NCBI RefSeq assembly: GCF_964355755.1
Contig: NC_092673.1
Location: 17,915,648-17,979,647, forward strand
Length of the DNA: 64,000 nucleotides
Direction of reading: 5' to 3'
Source of the DNA: Antedon mediterranea
Lineage: Eukaryota > Animalia > Echinodermata
Shown: positions 26,501 to 41,500 of the stretch, in pieces
Layout of the letters: every line of letters starts with the position of its first letter
Position numbering within the stretch: the first letter of the stretch is position 1
Notes under the pieces: model-generated
What the model was told of the DNA's origin: nothing
The model's database searches: none
Seen by the model: the letters and a program-made list of their open reading frames with translations, nothing else
Position numbers and translations under genes: made by a program

Positions 26501-29500
26501 CGCGTGCGCGCGTAACTTTGTGCAAAACACGCAATTTTTTTTCAACAGAAAGTTAGCGCATGATATAAATTAAACTTTTGCAAAGTTTCAAGTTGAAATG
26601 TTATTTGGTTGTCGAGCTATGTTAAATACGACAAAATCGTTAAATCGCGCGTACGTCACGTTGCGCAATTGTAAACATCATGAAAAGCTTCGCTGCACAT
26701 CTTCATGTGCATGACAATATGTTGAAAAAGTTACAAAATGTTATGTTTGCAAGTTTTAGAGAAAAGCGTTCCACAAAAATCATACAGAAAGAAAGAAGAG
26801 AAACTAGACATGTAACTCGTCACTTTGACGAGTTTGGTTATCCGCCGCGCAAGTGGTGCAACATTAACATTAAGGGGATAGGTTGAGGACAAAAGGAAGT
26901 GTTCACGTTGGCATTATGACCTGAACTGAAGAATATGATATGTTGTTATTGCTGAATTTTATTGTTTAAATTCATATATAGTATACACAGTATAATCTGT
27001 ATCCATATCACATACAGTGTAGAATAGGTGAAATTACGGGACCCGCTATTTATTGCAATTTTTAACATGTTGACGGTTTTAAAATGAAACGGGAAGGTAG
27101 CAATTCCGAAAGGAAATTATCTCAGCAACAACGTATTAGCGTGTAGAAGAAATTTGAATACGTGAAATATTGATGCGCGCTCTTTTAAATGTAATGAATT
27201 ATGACGCAAAAGATGGAAATACGACCTTTTTTATTTAACTGGCCATATGATGACGTCACAACATCCGATTGGCAACATTTTTACATAATTTCGTATCTAC
27301 AATCCAATAGCTTCCAGAAAAAGTTTTAATCGTGATTATCACATTTTATTCTTACGAGCTATAACAGATTAAAATTTACTGTAAAGATGAAATTGATGCC
27401 ACACGTGATTTAAATTTTTAGGCATGATGACGTCAAAAAAATTAAAATATTTTAACTCATGCGAAAGATAGTTGATTGACCTAGACAATATCAAAATCCG
27501 GGTGAAAATGGAAAACGGATAAGTGGAGATGCGCTCTATTCAATGTGATGAGCTATGACGAAAGATACAAAAATCCTAAATTTTATATTCGCGTGGCCAT
27601 ACGATGACGTCACAATGTCCGGTTAGCCATATTAATACCTGATCCGATATCTACAACTCATCTACTTCCAGAATATGCCATCCACAAAAATTTGACCGTC
27701 TAGTTTAGAAATTACGACTGTTTAAAAAAAGGCATATTTTAAACGAATTTGTTAACCTTTTCATAAAAAACGCGCGCAAATTGTCCAATTCGACGTGCTC
27801 GTATGACGTATCTTTAAGTCGAAATTGTTTAAAATTTGGTAAAATTACATGAAAAGGCTGGAAAAACATAAATCACTCGAAAAAAATACCTTTTCAATGC
27901 TACGTGCGCACCGCACACGTAAAAATGTGCGCACGCGTGGGAATTTTTGACATGCTTAAAACGACATGAAACGCGTAGAAAGTTGATTATAAATTAGTTT
28001 CGCGCATTTTGAAATTTTAAATGCGCGTGCGCGCGTAACTTTGTGTAAAACACGCAATTTTTTTTCAACAGAAAGTTAGCGCATGATATAAATTAAACTT
28101 TTGCAAAGTTTCACTTTAAAATGTTATTTGGTTTTCGACATATGTTAAATACGAGAAAATCGTTAAATCGCGCGTACGTCACGTTGCGCAATTGTAAACA
28201 TCATGAAAAGCTTCGCTTGACGACGTTACATAAATGTCAAAATGTTAACATAGTTAACAAAATGTTATGTTTGCAAGTTTCAGAGAAAAGCGTTACACAA
28301 AAATCATACAGAAAGAAAGAAGAAGAATAAAAAGTTGATGATGATGATGATGATGATGATTTCGTACAATCACAAGAGGTTATCCTGCAACTTCGTTGCG
28401 GATAACCAATAAAAAGTTGATGTTGATGATGATTTCGTACAATCACAAGAGGTTATCCTGCAACTTCGTTGCGGATAACCAACTAGATTTGAACTCGTCA
28501 CTTTGACGAGTTCGGGTTATCCGCGCATACGCAACATGCACATACTTTAAAGTATATGAACCTCGACAATTATTATGCCATCCTTTGACATGAAATAAAT
28601 ATGTTTACAGTGCTGAATTGTACCTATTTTGTAGCATACAGCATATTACAGTGTTTACAGAATACACTGTATATACACAGTAGATTAGACGAAATTACGA
28701 GACCCATCTTTTAAATCCAATTATTAACACGATGACGTCATCAAATTGGCATATAAAGATAACAATTTTAGAAGATAATTACCTAAATAATTACATTAAT
28801 GCAAATTTTAAGAATTTTGGGCACGTAAAAGTGAGATGCGCTCTCGTTTAAACGCAATGAACTTTTACGCAAGAGATGAAAATATGACTTTTTGAATTTA
28901 ACTGGCCATATGATGACATCACAACATCTGATTGGCAAAATGTTTACATGATTTCGTATCTACAATCCAATAGCTTCCAGAAAACGTTTTAATCATGATG
29001 ATCACTTTTTATTCTGACGAGCTATAACAGATTGAAATTTACTGTAAAGATGAAAATAGGTGACCCACGTTATTTACATTTTTAGACATGATGACGTCAT
29101 AAAAATTAAAATATTTTTAACTCATGCGAAATATAGTTGTTGACCTAGACAGTATTAAAATATCTTAGGAAATGGAATACGTATAAGCGATATGCGCTCT
29201 ATTTAATGTAATGAGCAATAGCGAAACAGTCAAAAATCCAATATTTTACATTCGTGTGGCCATACGATGACGTCATAACATCCGAGGGGTAAAGATTCTG
29301 CATGAATTCATATCTACAACATATCTGCTTACATATTAAATTAAAAAAATTGGGGGTAACGGTTGATCCTGAGGAGCTATAATAGATTCAAAGTAGGCAT
29401 AATTTTGACAATATTTTGTCACTTTTGCAACTAAAAGGCACGCAAATTGTCTAAATCAACGTGTTCGTATGACGTCATTTTAATTTGAAATGATGTAAAT

Positions 29501-32500
29501 CTTTTTTAAAATGACTAAGAAAGGCTGTAAAATCATAATTCAAGAAAAAAACACATGATTTTCATGCTCCGTGCGCACCTTACGCGTAATTTTTTTCGCG
29601 CGCGTGGGAATTTTTGACATGCTAAAAATGTCATGATCAGCGTAGAAAGTTGATTAGAAATTAATTTTGCGCATTTTGAAATTTTAAATGCGCGTGCGCG
29701 CGTAACTTCTTGTGAAACATGTCATTTTTAATCAATAGAAAGTTTGCCCTTGATATGACTTAAATTTTCACCAAGTGTCAATACAAAACGACTTTTGGTT
29801 TATAATCTATGACGAATCATTGAAATTCATAAAATCGCGCGTAACTTACGCAACGCAACTCTAACGTCATATAACAAAGTTTCTTGCACATCTACAGCTG
29901 CAGGTCAATCTTTTGAAAAAGTTATACAATCTTATGTTGACAAGGATGAGAGATATGCGACGCACAAAAATCCGGGAAAGAAAGAAGAATAACAAAGAAG
30001 ATGAAAAAAAAGATATTTACAATCACAAGGGTTATCCGCAACTTCTAAGTTGCGGATAACCAACTAGACATGTAACTCGTCACTTTGACGAGTTTGGTTA
30101 TCCGCCACGCAAGTGGTGCAACATTAACATTAAGGGGATAGGTTGAGGACAAAAGGAAGTGTTCACGTTGGCATTATGACCTGAACTGAAGAATATGATA
30201 TGTTGTTATTGCTGAATTTTATTATTTAAATTCATATATAGTATACACAGTATAATCTGTATCCATATCACATACAGTGTAGAATAGGTGAAATTACGGG
30301 ACCCGCTATTTATTGCAATTTTTAACATGTTGACGGTTTTAAAATGAAACGCGAAGGTAGCAATTCCGAAAGGAAATTATCTCAGCAACAACGTATTAGC
30401 GTGTAGAAGAAATTTGAATACGTGAAATATTGATGCGCGCTCTTTTAAATGTAATGAATTATGACGCAAAAGATGAAAATACGACGTTTTTTATATAACT
30501 GGCCATATGATGACGTCACAACATCCGATTGGCAACATTTTTACATAATTTCGTATCTACAATCCAATAGCTTCCAGAAAAAGTTTTAATCGTGATTATC
30601 ACATTTTATTCTTATGAGCTATAACAGATTAAAATTTACTGTAAAGATGAAATTAATGCCACACGTGATTTAAATTTTTAGGCATGATGACGTCAAAAAA
30701 ATTAAAATATTTTTAACTCCTGCGAAAGATACTTGATTGACCTAGACAATATCAAAATCTGGGTGAAAATGGAAAACGGATAAGTGGAGATGCGCTCTAT
30801 TCAATGTGATGAGCTATGACGAAAGGTACAAAAATCCTAAATTTTATATTCGCGTGGCCATACGATGACGTCACAATGTCCGGTTAGCCATATTAATACC
30901 TGATCCGATATCTACAACTCATCTACTTCCAGAATATGCCATCCACAAAAAGTTGACCGTCTAGTTTAGAAATTACGACTGTTTAAAAAAAGGCATATTT
31001 TAAACAAATTTTTTAACCTTTTCTTAAAAAACGCGCGCAAATTGTCCAATTCGACGTGCTCGTATGACGTATCTTTAAGTCGAAATTGTTTAAAATTTGG
31101 TAAAATTACTAGAAAAGGCTGGAAAAATATAAATCACGCGAAAAAAATACGTTTTCAATGCTACGTGCGTACCGCACACGTAAAAATGTGCGCACGCGTG
31201 GGAATTTTTGACATGCTTAAAACGACATGAATCGCGTAGAAAGTTGATTATAAATTAATTTTGCGCATTTTGAAATTTTAAATGCGCGTGCGCGCGTAAC
31301 TTTGTGTAAAACACGCAATTTTTTTTCAACAGAAAGTTAGCGCATAATATAAATTAAACTTTTGCAAAGTTTCAAGTTGAAATGTTATTTGGTTGTCGAG
31401 CTATGTTAAATACGACAAAATCGTTAAATCGCGCGTAAGTCACGTTGCGCAATTGTAAACATCATGAAAAGCTTCGCTGCACATCTTCATGTGCATGACG
31501 ATATGTTGAGAAAGTTACAAAATGTTATGTTTGCAAGTTTTAGAGAAAAGCGATCCACAAAAATCATACAGAAAGAAAGAAGACAAATAAAAAGTTGATG
31601 TTGATGATTTCGTACAATCACAAGAGGTTATCCTGCAACTTCGTTGCGGATAACCAATTTAAATAATAAAATTCAGCAATAACAACATATCATATTCTTC
31701 AGTTCAGGTCATAATGCCAACGTGAACACTTCCTTTTGTCCTCAACCTATCCCCTTAATGTTAATGTTGCACCACTTGCGCGGCGGATAACCAAACTCGT
31801 CAAAGTGACGAGTTACATGTCTAGTTAGTTATCCGCTTAGTAGCGGATAACTCCTTGTGATTGTAGTGGATCAATATTTTTTTTTTTCTGTATTCTTCTT
31901 ATTTCTTTCCCATTTTTTTGTGAGTCACGTTTCTCTAAAATGTGTAAACATAACATTTTATAACTTTGACAACATGTGGGCATTTACGTGAAGTTGTGCA
32001 TCTCCTATTTTGAATGACGTCAGAGTTGCGCAACGTGACTTGCGCGTGATTTTATGATTTTTAATGATTGATCATAGCTTAAAAACCAAGAGTAATTTTT
32101 TTTTTACCCTTTGTGAAAATTTAAGTCATATCAAGGGCAAACTGTTAGTGCACTAAAAATGGCATGTTTTACAAAAAGTTACGCGTACACGCGCATTTAA
32201 AATTTCAAAATGCGCAAAATTAATTTATAATCAACTTTCTACGCGTTTCATGTCATTTTAAGCATGTAAAAAATTCCCACGCGTGCGCACATTTTTACGT
32301 GTGCGGTGCGCACATAGCATTAAAAACATATTTTTTTCGAGTGATTTATGTTTTTTGAGCCTTTTATAGTAATTTTACCAACTTTTAAACACTTTCAACT
32401 TAAAGTTACGTCATACGAGCACGTCGAATTGGACAATTTGCGCACGTTTTTGATGAAAAAGTACAAAAATTTGTCAAAATTATGCCTTTTTTTAAACAGT

Positions 32501-35500
32501 CGTAATTTCTAAACTACACGGTCAACTTTTTGTGGATGACATATTCCGGAAGTTGATGAGTTGTAGATATCGGACCATGTATTAATATGGCTAACCGGAC
32601 ATTTTAACGTCATCGTATGGCCACGCGAATATAAAATTGAGGATTTTTGTATCTTTCGTCATAGCTCATAACATTTAATAGAGCGCATCTCCACTTCTCC
32701 ATTTTCCATTTTCACCCTGATTTTGATATTGTCTATGTCAATCAACTATCTTTCGCATGAGTTAAAAATATTTTAATTATTATGACGTCATCATCCCTAA
32801 AAATTTAAATTACATGTGGCATTAATTTCATCTTTACAGAAAATTTTAATCTGTTATAGTTCGTAAGAATAAAATGTGATAATCACGATTAAAACGTTTT
32901 CTGGAAGATATTGGATTGTAGATACAAAATCATGTAAACATTTGGCAAATCGGATGTTGTGACGTCATCATATGGCCAGTTAAATAAAAAAAGTCGTATT
33001 TTCATATTTTGCGTCATAGTTCATTACATTTAAAAGAGCGCGCATTAATATTTTACGTATTAAAATTTCTTCTACACGTTAATATGTTGTTGCTGAGATA
33101 ATTTCCTTCCGAAATTGCTTTATCAGTGTTTCATTTTCATACCGTCACCATGTTAAAAATTGGAATAAATGACGGGACCCGTAATTTCGCCTATCCTACA
33201 CTGTATTAATATGTATACAGATTATACTATGTATACTGTAAATAGTATATGACACAAAATATACAGCATTTAGCACTAACAACATATTATACTCTTCAGT
33301 TCATGTCAATATGCCATAATCTTTTTCTGTGTCCAATGTATGACGTGCACGTGGCGTTTGTCGTGCGGATAACTAACTCGTCAAAGTGACGAGTTTCATG
33401 TCTAGTTAGTTATCCGCTTAGTAGCGGATAACTCCTTGTGATTGTAGTGGATCAATATTTTTTTTTTGGTTATCCGCAACGAAGTTGCAGGATAACCTCT
33501 TGTGATTGTACGAAATCATCATCAACATCAACTTTTTATTAGTTATCCGCATTGAGCGGATAACTCCTTGTAACTGTCCTGTTTCATCATCTTTTTAGTT
33601 ATCCGCACATGGCAGTGTGCGGATAACTCCTTGTTATTGTATGGGATCTTTTTTTTCTTTTTCTGTATTATTCTTCTGTCTTTCTTCCTTTTTTTGTGAG
33701 CCCTGTTTCTCTAAAATGTGTAAACAGAAAAAACCATAACTTTGTCAACATATAGATATTTACGTGAAGTTGTGCACCTCCTATTTTTGAAAAACGTCAG
33801 AGTTGCGCAACGTGACTTGCGCGTAATTTTATGAATTTAAATGATTGATCATAGATTAAAAACCGAAAGTCATTTTGTATTGAGACTTGGTGAAAATTTA
33901 ATTCATATCAAGAGTCAACTTTCTGTGGATTAAAAATGGCATGTTTCACACAAAGTTACGCGCGCACGCGCATTTAAAATTTTAAAATGCGAAAAATCAA
34001 TTTCTAATCAACTTTCTACGCGTTTCTTGTCATTTTGAGCGTGTCAAAAATTCCCACACGTGCGCAAATTTTTACGCGCGAGGGGCGCAAGTAGCGTTAA
34101 AAACATACTTTTTTCGCGTGATTTGTGTTTTTCCAGCCTTTTCTAGTAATTTTACCAACTTTTAAACAATTTCGACTTAAAATGACGTCATACGAGCACG
34201 TCGAATTGGATAATTTGCGCGCGTATTTGATCAAAAAGCTAAAAAAATCATCAAAATTATGCCTTTTTTTAAACAGTCGTAGTTTCTAAACTAAATGGTG
34301 AAAGTTATTTTTATTACATATTCTGGAAGTTGATGAGTTGTAGATATCAAATCATACATTAATATGGCTAACAGGACATTGTGACGTCATCGTATGGCCA
34401 CGCGAATATAAAATATAGGATTTTTGTCTGTTTCGTTATTGCTCATCACATTCAATGGAGCGCATCACGCTTATCCGTATTCCATTTTCTCCGAGATTTT
34501 AATATTGTCTAGGTCAATCAACTACCTTTCGCATGATTAAAAAATATTTTAATTTTTGTAACGTTATCATGCCTAAAAATTTTAATTACGTGGGTCATTA
34601 ATTTCATCTTTCCAGGAAATTTTAATCTGTTATCGCTCGTAAGAATAAAATCGGATAATCACGATTAAAATGTTTTCTGAAAGCTATTGGATTGTAGATA
34701 CGAAATCATGTAAACATTTTGGCAATCGGATGTTGTGACGTCATCATATGGCCAGTTAAATAAAAAAAGTCGTATTTTCATCTTTTGCGTCATAGTTCAT
34801 TACATTTAAAAGAGCGCGCATCAATATTTCACGTGTTCAAATTTCTTCTACACGTTAATATGTTGTTGCTGAGATAATTTCCTTCTGAAATTGCTACATT
34901 CGCGTTTCATTTTGAAACCGTCAATATGTTAAAAATTTGAATAAATAGCGGGTCCCGTAATTTCACCTATTCTACACTGTATGTGATATGTATACAGATT
35001 ATACTGTGTATACTATATGACACAAAATAACAGAATTCAGCAATAACAACATATCATATTCATCAGTTCAGGTCACAATGCCATAATCTTTTTCCGTGTG
35101 CAATATTCCAACGTATGACGTGCACGTGGCGTCTGTCGTGCGGATAACTAACTCGTCAAAGTGACGAGTTTCATGTCTAGTATTATTCTTCTGTCTTTCT
35201 CCCTCACTTTTTGTGCAGAGCGTATCTCTAAAATGGGTAAACATAACATTTCATAACTTTGTCAACATATGGGCATTTACGTGAAGTTGTGCACCTCCTA
35301 TTTTTGAATGACGTCAGAGTTGCGCAACGTGACTTACGCGCGATTTTATGATTTTTTATGATTGCTCATAGACTAAAAACCAAGCATAATTTAGTTTTGA
35401 CACTTTGTGAAAATTTAAGTCATATCAAGTGCAAACTTTTTATTGATTAAAAATGGCATGTTTTACAAGAAGTTACGCGCGCACGCGCATTTAAAGTTTC

Positions 35501-38500
35501 AAAATGCGTAAAATTAATTTGTAATCAACTTTTTACACGACTCATGACATTTCGCGCATGTTAAAAATTCCCACGTGCACGCATTTTTTTACGCGCGCGG
35601 TGGCCACGTACCGTGAAAAACATCTTTTTTTCTCATGAATTATGTTTTTCCAGCCTTCTAGAGTAATTTGACCATTTTAAAACCATTTGTGACTTTAAAT
35701 TACGTCATACGAGCACGTCGAATTGGAAAATTTACGCGCGTTTTTGATCAAAAAGCTAAAAAAATCGTCAAAATTATGCCTTTTTTTAAACAGTCGTAGT
35801 TTCTAAACTAAACGGTGAAAGTTATTTTTATTACATATTCTGGAAGTTGATGAGTTGTAGATATCAAATCATACATTAATATGGCTAACAGGACATTTTG
35901 ACGTCATCGTATGGCCACACGAATATAAAATATAGGATTTTTGTCTCTTTCGTTATTGCTCATCACATTCAATGGAGCGCATCACGCTTATCCGTATTCC
36001 ATTTTCTCCCAGATTTTAATATTGTCTAGGTCAATCAACTACCTTTTGTATGAGTTAAAAATATTTTAATATTTGTAACGTCATCATGCCTAAAAATGTT
36101 AATTACTTGGGTCATTAATTTCATCTTTACAGTAAATTTTAATCTGTTATCGCTCGTAAGAACAAAATGGGATAATCACGATTAAAATGTTTTCTGGAAG
36201 CTATTGGATTGTAGATACGAAATCATGTAAACATTTTGCCAATCGGATGTTGTGACGTCATCATATGGCCAGTTAAATAAAAAAAGTCGTATTTTCATCT
36301 TTTGCGTCATAGTTCATTACATTTAAAAGAACGCGCATCAATATTTCACGTGTTCAAATTTCTTCCACACGTTAATATGTTGTTGCTGAGACAATTTCCT
36401 TCCGAAATTGCTACATTCGCGTTTCATTTTGAAACCGTCAATATGTTAAAAATTTGAATAAATAGCGGGTCCCGTAATTTCACCTATTCTACACTGTATG
36501 TGATATGTATACAGATTATACTGTGTATACTATATGACACAAAATAACAGAATTCAGCAATAAAAACATATCATATTCTTCAGTTCAGGTCACAATGCCA
36601 TAATCTTTTTCCGTGTGCAATATTCCAACGTATGACGTGCACGTGGCGTTTGTCGTGCGGATAACTAACTCGTCAAAGTGACGAGTTTCATGTCTAGTTG
36701 GTTATCCGCAACGAAGTTGCAGGATAACCTCTTGTGATTGTACGAAATCATCATCATCATCATCATCTTTTTAGTTATCCGCTTTCACGGATAACTCCTT
36801 GTAACTGTCCTGTTTCATCATCTTTTTTTTTTTTCTGTATTCTTCTTTCTTTCTGTCATTTTTGTGCAGAGCATATCTCAAAAACGTGTACAGTTAACAT
36901 TTCATAACTTTGTCAACATATGGGCATTCACGTGAAGTTGTGCTTTTTTATTTTTGAATGACGTCAGAATTGCGCAACATGAATTACGCGCGTTTTAACG
37001 AATTTCGCGTATTTAACATAAATCAAAAACCATATAACAATTTAAATTGAAACTTGGCAAAAGTTTAATTTATATTCTGCGCTAACTGACTATGGAAAAA
37101 AAATGGCATGTTTCACACGAAGTTACGCGCGCACGCGCGTTTAAAATTTTAAAATGCGAAAAATCAATTTCTAATCAACTTTCTACGCGTTTCATGTCAT
37201 TTTGACCATGTAAAAAATTCCCACGCGCGCGAATATTTTTACGCGCGTGGTGCGCACGTAACGTTGAAAACCATTTTTTTCACGTGATTTAGGTTTTTCC
37301 AGCTTTTTCTAGTAATTTTACCAACTTTTAAACGATTTCGACTTACAATCAAGTCATACGAGCCCGTAGAATTGGATAATTTATGTGCGTTTTTTATGAA
37401 AAAGTTCAAAAATTCATCAAAATTTGTCAAAATTATACCTTTTTTAAAACAGTTGTAGTTTCTAAACTAAACGGTAAAAGTTGTTTTTATTACGTATTCT
37501 GGAAGATGATGAGTTGTAGATATCGTATCATGCATCAATATGGCTAACAGGACATTATGACGTCATCGTATGGCCACTCTAATATAAAATATAGCGATTT
37601 TTTCTCTTTTGTCATAGCGCATCACATTTAATAGAGCGCATCTCCGCTTATCCGTTTTCCATTTTCACGCGGATTTTGATATTGTCTAGGTCAATCAACT
37701 ATCCTTTGCATGAGTTAAAAATATTTTAATTTTTATGACGTCATCACGCCTAAAAATTTAAATTACGTGTGCCTTTAATTTCATCTTTACAGTAAATTTT
37801 AATCTGTTATAGCTCGTACGAATAAAATGTGATAATTACAATTAAAACGTTTTCTGGAAGCTATTGAATTGTAGATACAAAATCATGTAAACATTTTGCC
37901 ATTCGGATGTTGTGACGTCATCATATGGCCAGTTAAATAAGAAAAGTCGTATTTTCATCTTTTGCGTCATAATTCATTACATTTAAAAGAGCGTGCGTCA
38001 ATATTTCACGTATTCAAATTTCTTCAGCACGTTAATATGTTGTTACTGAGATAATTTCCTTCCCAAATTGCTGTCTTAGTTTTTCATTTTGATACCGTCG
38101 CCATGTTAAAAATAGGAATAAACGGGGGGTCCCGTAATTTCACCTATTCTACACTGTATGTAATATGTATACAGATTATGTATATACTATATGACACAAA
38201 ATAACAGAATTCAGCAATAACAACATATCATATTCTTCAGTTCAGGTCATATTGCCATAATCTTTTTCTGTGTCCAATATTCTAACGTATGACGTGCACG
38301 TGGCCTTTATCGTGCGGATAACTAACTCGTCAAAGTGACGAGTTACATGTCTAGTTTCTCTTCTTTCTTTCTGTATGATTTTTGTGGAACGCTTTTCTCT
38401 AAAACTTGCAAACATAACATTTTGTAACTTTTTCAACATATTGTCATGCACATGAAGATGTGCAGCGAAGCTTTTCATGATGTTTACAATTGCGCAACGT

Positions 38501-41500
38501 GACGTACGCGCGATTTAACGATTTTGTCGTATTTAACATAGCTCGACAACCAAATAACATTTCAACTTGAAACTTCCCCAAAGTTTAATTTATATCATGC
38601 GCTAACTTTCTGTTAAAAAAAAATTGCGTGTTTTACATAAAGTTACGCGCGCACGCGCATTTAAAATTTCAAAATGCGCAAAATTAATTTATAATCAACT
38701 TTCTACGCGTTTCATGTCGTTTTAAGCATGTCAAAAATTCCCACGCGTGCGCACATTTTTACGTGTGCGGTGCGCACGTAGCATTGAAAACGTATTTTTT
38801 TCGCGTGATTTATGTTTTTCCAGCCTTTTCTAGTAATTTTACCAAATTTTAAACAATTTCGACTTAAAGATACGTCATACGAGCACGTCGAATTGGACAA
38901 TTTGCGCGCGTTTTTTATGAAAAGGTTAAAAAATTCGTTTAAAATATGACTTTTTTTAAACAGTCGTAATTTCTAAACTAGACGGTCAAATTTTTGTGGA
39001 TGACATATTCTAGAAGTAGATGAGTTGTAGATATCGGATCAGGTATTAATATGGCTAACCGGACATTGTGACGTCGACGTATGGCCACGCGAATATAAAA
39101 TTTAGCATTTTTGTATCTTTCGTCATAGCTCATCACATTGAATAGAGCGCATCTGCACTTATCCGTTTTCCATTTTCTCCTCAATTTTGATATTGTCTAG
39201 GTCAATCAACTATCTTTCGCATGAGTTAAAAATATTTTAATTTTTTTGACGTCATCATGCCTAAAAATTTAAATCACGTGTGGCATCAATTTCATCTTTA
39301 CAGAAAATCTTAATCTGTTATAGCTCGTAAGAATAAAATTTGATAATCACGATTAAAACTTTTTCTGGAAGCTATTGGATTGTAGATACGAAATTATGTA
39401 AAAATGTTGCCAATTGGATGTTGTGACGTCATCATATGGCCAGTTAAATAAAAAAGGTCGTATTTTCATCTTTTGCGTCATAATTCATTACATTTAAAAG
39501 AGCGCGCATCAATATTTCACGTATTCAAATTTCTTCTACACGCTAATACGTTGTTGCTGAGATAATTTCCTTTCGGAATTGCTACCTTCCCGTTTCATTT
39601 TAAAACCGTCAACATGTTAAAAATTGCAATAAATAGCGGGTCCCGTAATTTCACCTATTCTACACTGTATGTGATATGGATACAGATTATACTGTGTATA
39701 CTATATATGAATTTATATATAGATAAAATTCAGCAATAACAACATATCATATTCTTCAGTTCAGGTCATAATGCCAACGTGAACACTTCCTTTTGTCCTC
39801 AACCTATCCCCTTAATGTTAATGTTGCACCACTTGCGCGGCGGATAACCAAACTCGTCAAAGTGACGAGTTACATGTCTAGTTGGTTATCCGCAACGAAG
39901 TTGCAGGATAACCTCTTGTGATTGTACGAAATCATCATCATCTTTTTCTTAATTGGTTATCCGCAACGAAGTTGCAGGATAACCTCTTGTGATTGTACGA
40001 AATCATCAACATCTTTTTCTTAATCTTCTTTCTTTCTGTATGATTTTTGTGTAACGCTTTTCTCTAAAACTTGCAAACATAACATTTTGTTAACTATGTT
40101 AACATTTTGACATTTATGTAACGTCGTCAAGCGAAGCTTTTCATGATGTTTACAATTGCGCAACGTGACGTACGCGCGATTTAACGATTTTCTCGTATTT
40201 AACATATGTCGAAAACCAAATAACATTTTAAAGTGAAACTTTGCAAAAGTTTAATTTATATCATGCGCTAACTTTCTGTTGAAAAAAAATTGCGTGTTTT
40301 ACACAAAGTTACGCGCGCACGCGCATTTAAAATTTCAAAATGCGCAAAATTAATTTATAATCAACTTTCTACGCGTTTCATGTCGTTTTAAGCATGTCAA
40401 AAATTCCCACGTGTGCGCACATTTTTACGTGTGCGGTGCGCACGTAGCATTGAAAACGTATTTTTTTCGCGTGATTTATGTTTTTCCAGCCTTTTCTAGT
40501 AATTTTACCAAATTTTAAACAATTTCGACTTAAAGATACGTCATACGAGCACGTCGAATTGGACAATTTGCGCGCGTTTTTTATGAAAAGGTTAAAAAAT
40601 TCGTTTAAAATATGCCTTTTTTTAAACAGTTGTAATTTCTAAACTAGACGGTCAACTTTTTGTGGATGACATATTCTGGAAGTAGATGAGTTGTAGGTAT
40701 CGGATCAGGTATTAATATGGCTAACCGGACATTGTGACGTCATCGTATGGCCACGCGAATATAAAATTTAGGATTTTTGTATCTTTCGTCATAGCTCATC
40801 ACATTGAATAGAGCGCATCTCCACTTATTCGTTTTCCATTTTCACCCCGATTTTGATATTGTCTAGGTCAATCAACTATCTTTCGCATGAGTTAAAAATA
40901 TTTTAATTTTTTTGACGTCATCATGCCTAAATTTTTAAATCACGTGTGGCATCAATTTCATCTTTACAGTAAATTTTAATCTGTTATAGCTCGTAAGAAT
41001 AAAATGTGATAATCACGATTAAAACTTTTTCTGGAAGCTATTGGATTGTAGATACGAAATTATGTAAAAATGTTGCCCATCGGATGTTGTGACGTCATCA
41101 TATGGCCAGTTAAATAAAAAAGGTCGTATTTTCATCTTTTGCGTCATAATTCATTACATTTAAAAAAGCGCGCATCAATATTTCACGTATTCAAATTTCT
41201 TCTACACGCTAATACGTTGTTGCTGAGATAATTTCCTTTCGGAATTGCTACCTTCGCGTTTCATTTTAAAACCGTCAACATGTTAAAAATTGCAATAAAA
41301 AGCGGGTCCCGTAATTTCACCTATTCTACACTGTATGTCACTGAGCTGTATGTGATATGGATACAGATTATACTGTGTATACTATATATGAATTTAAATA
41401 ATAAAATTCAGCAATAACAACATATCATATTCTTCAGTTCAGGTCATAATGCCAACGTGAACACTTCCTTTTGTCCTCAACCTATCTCCTTAATGTTAAT

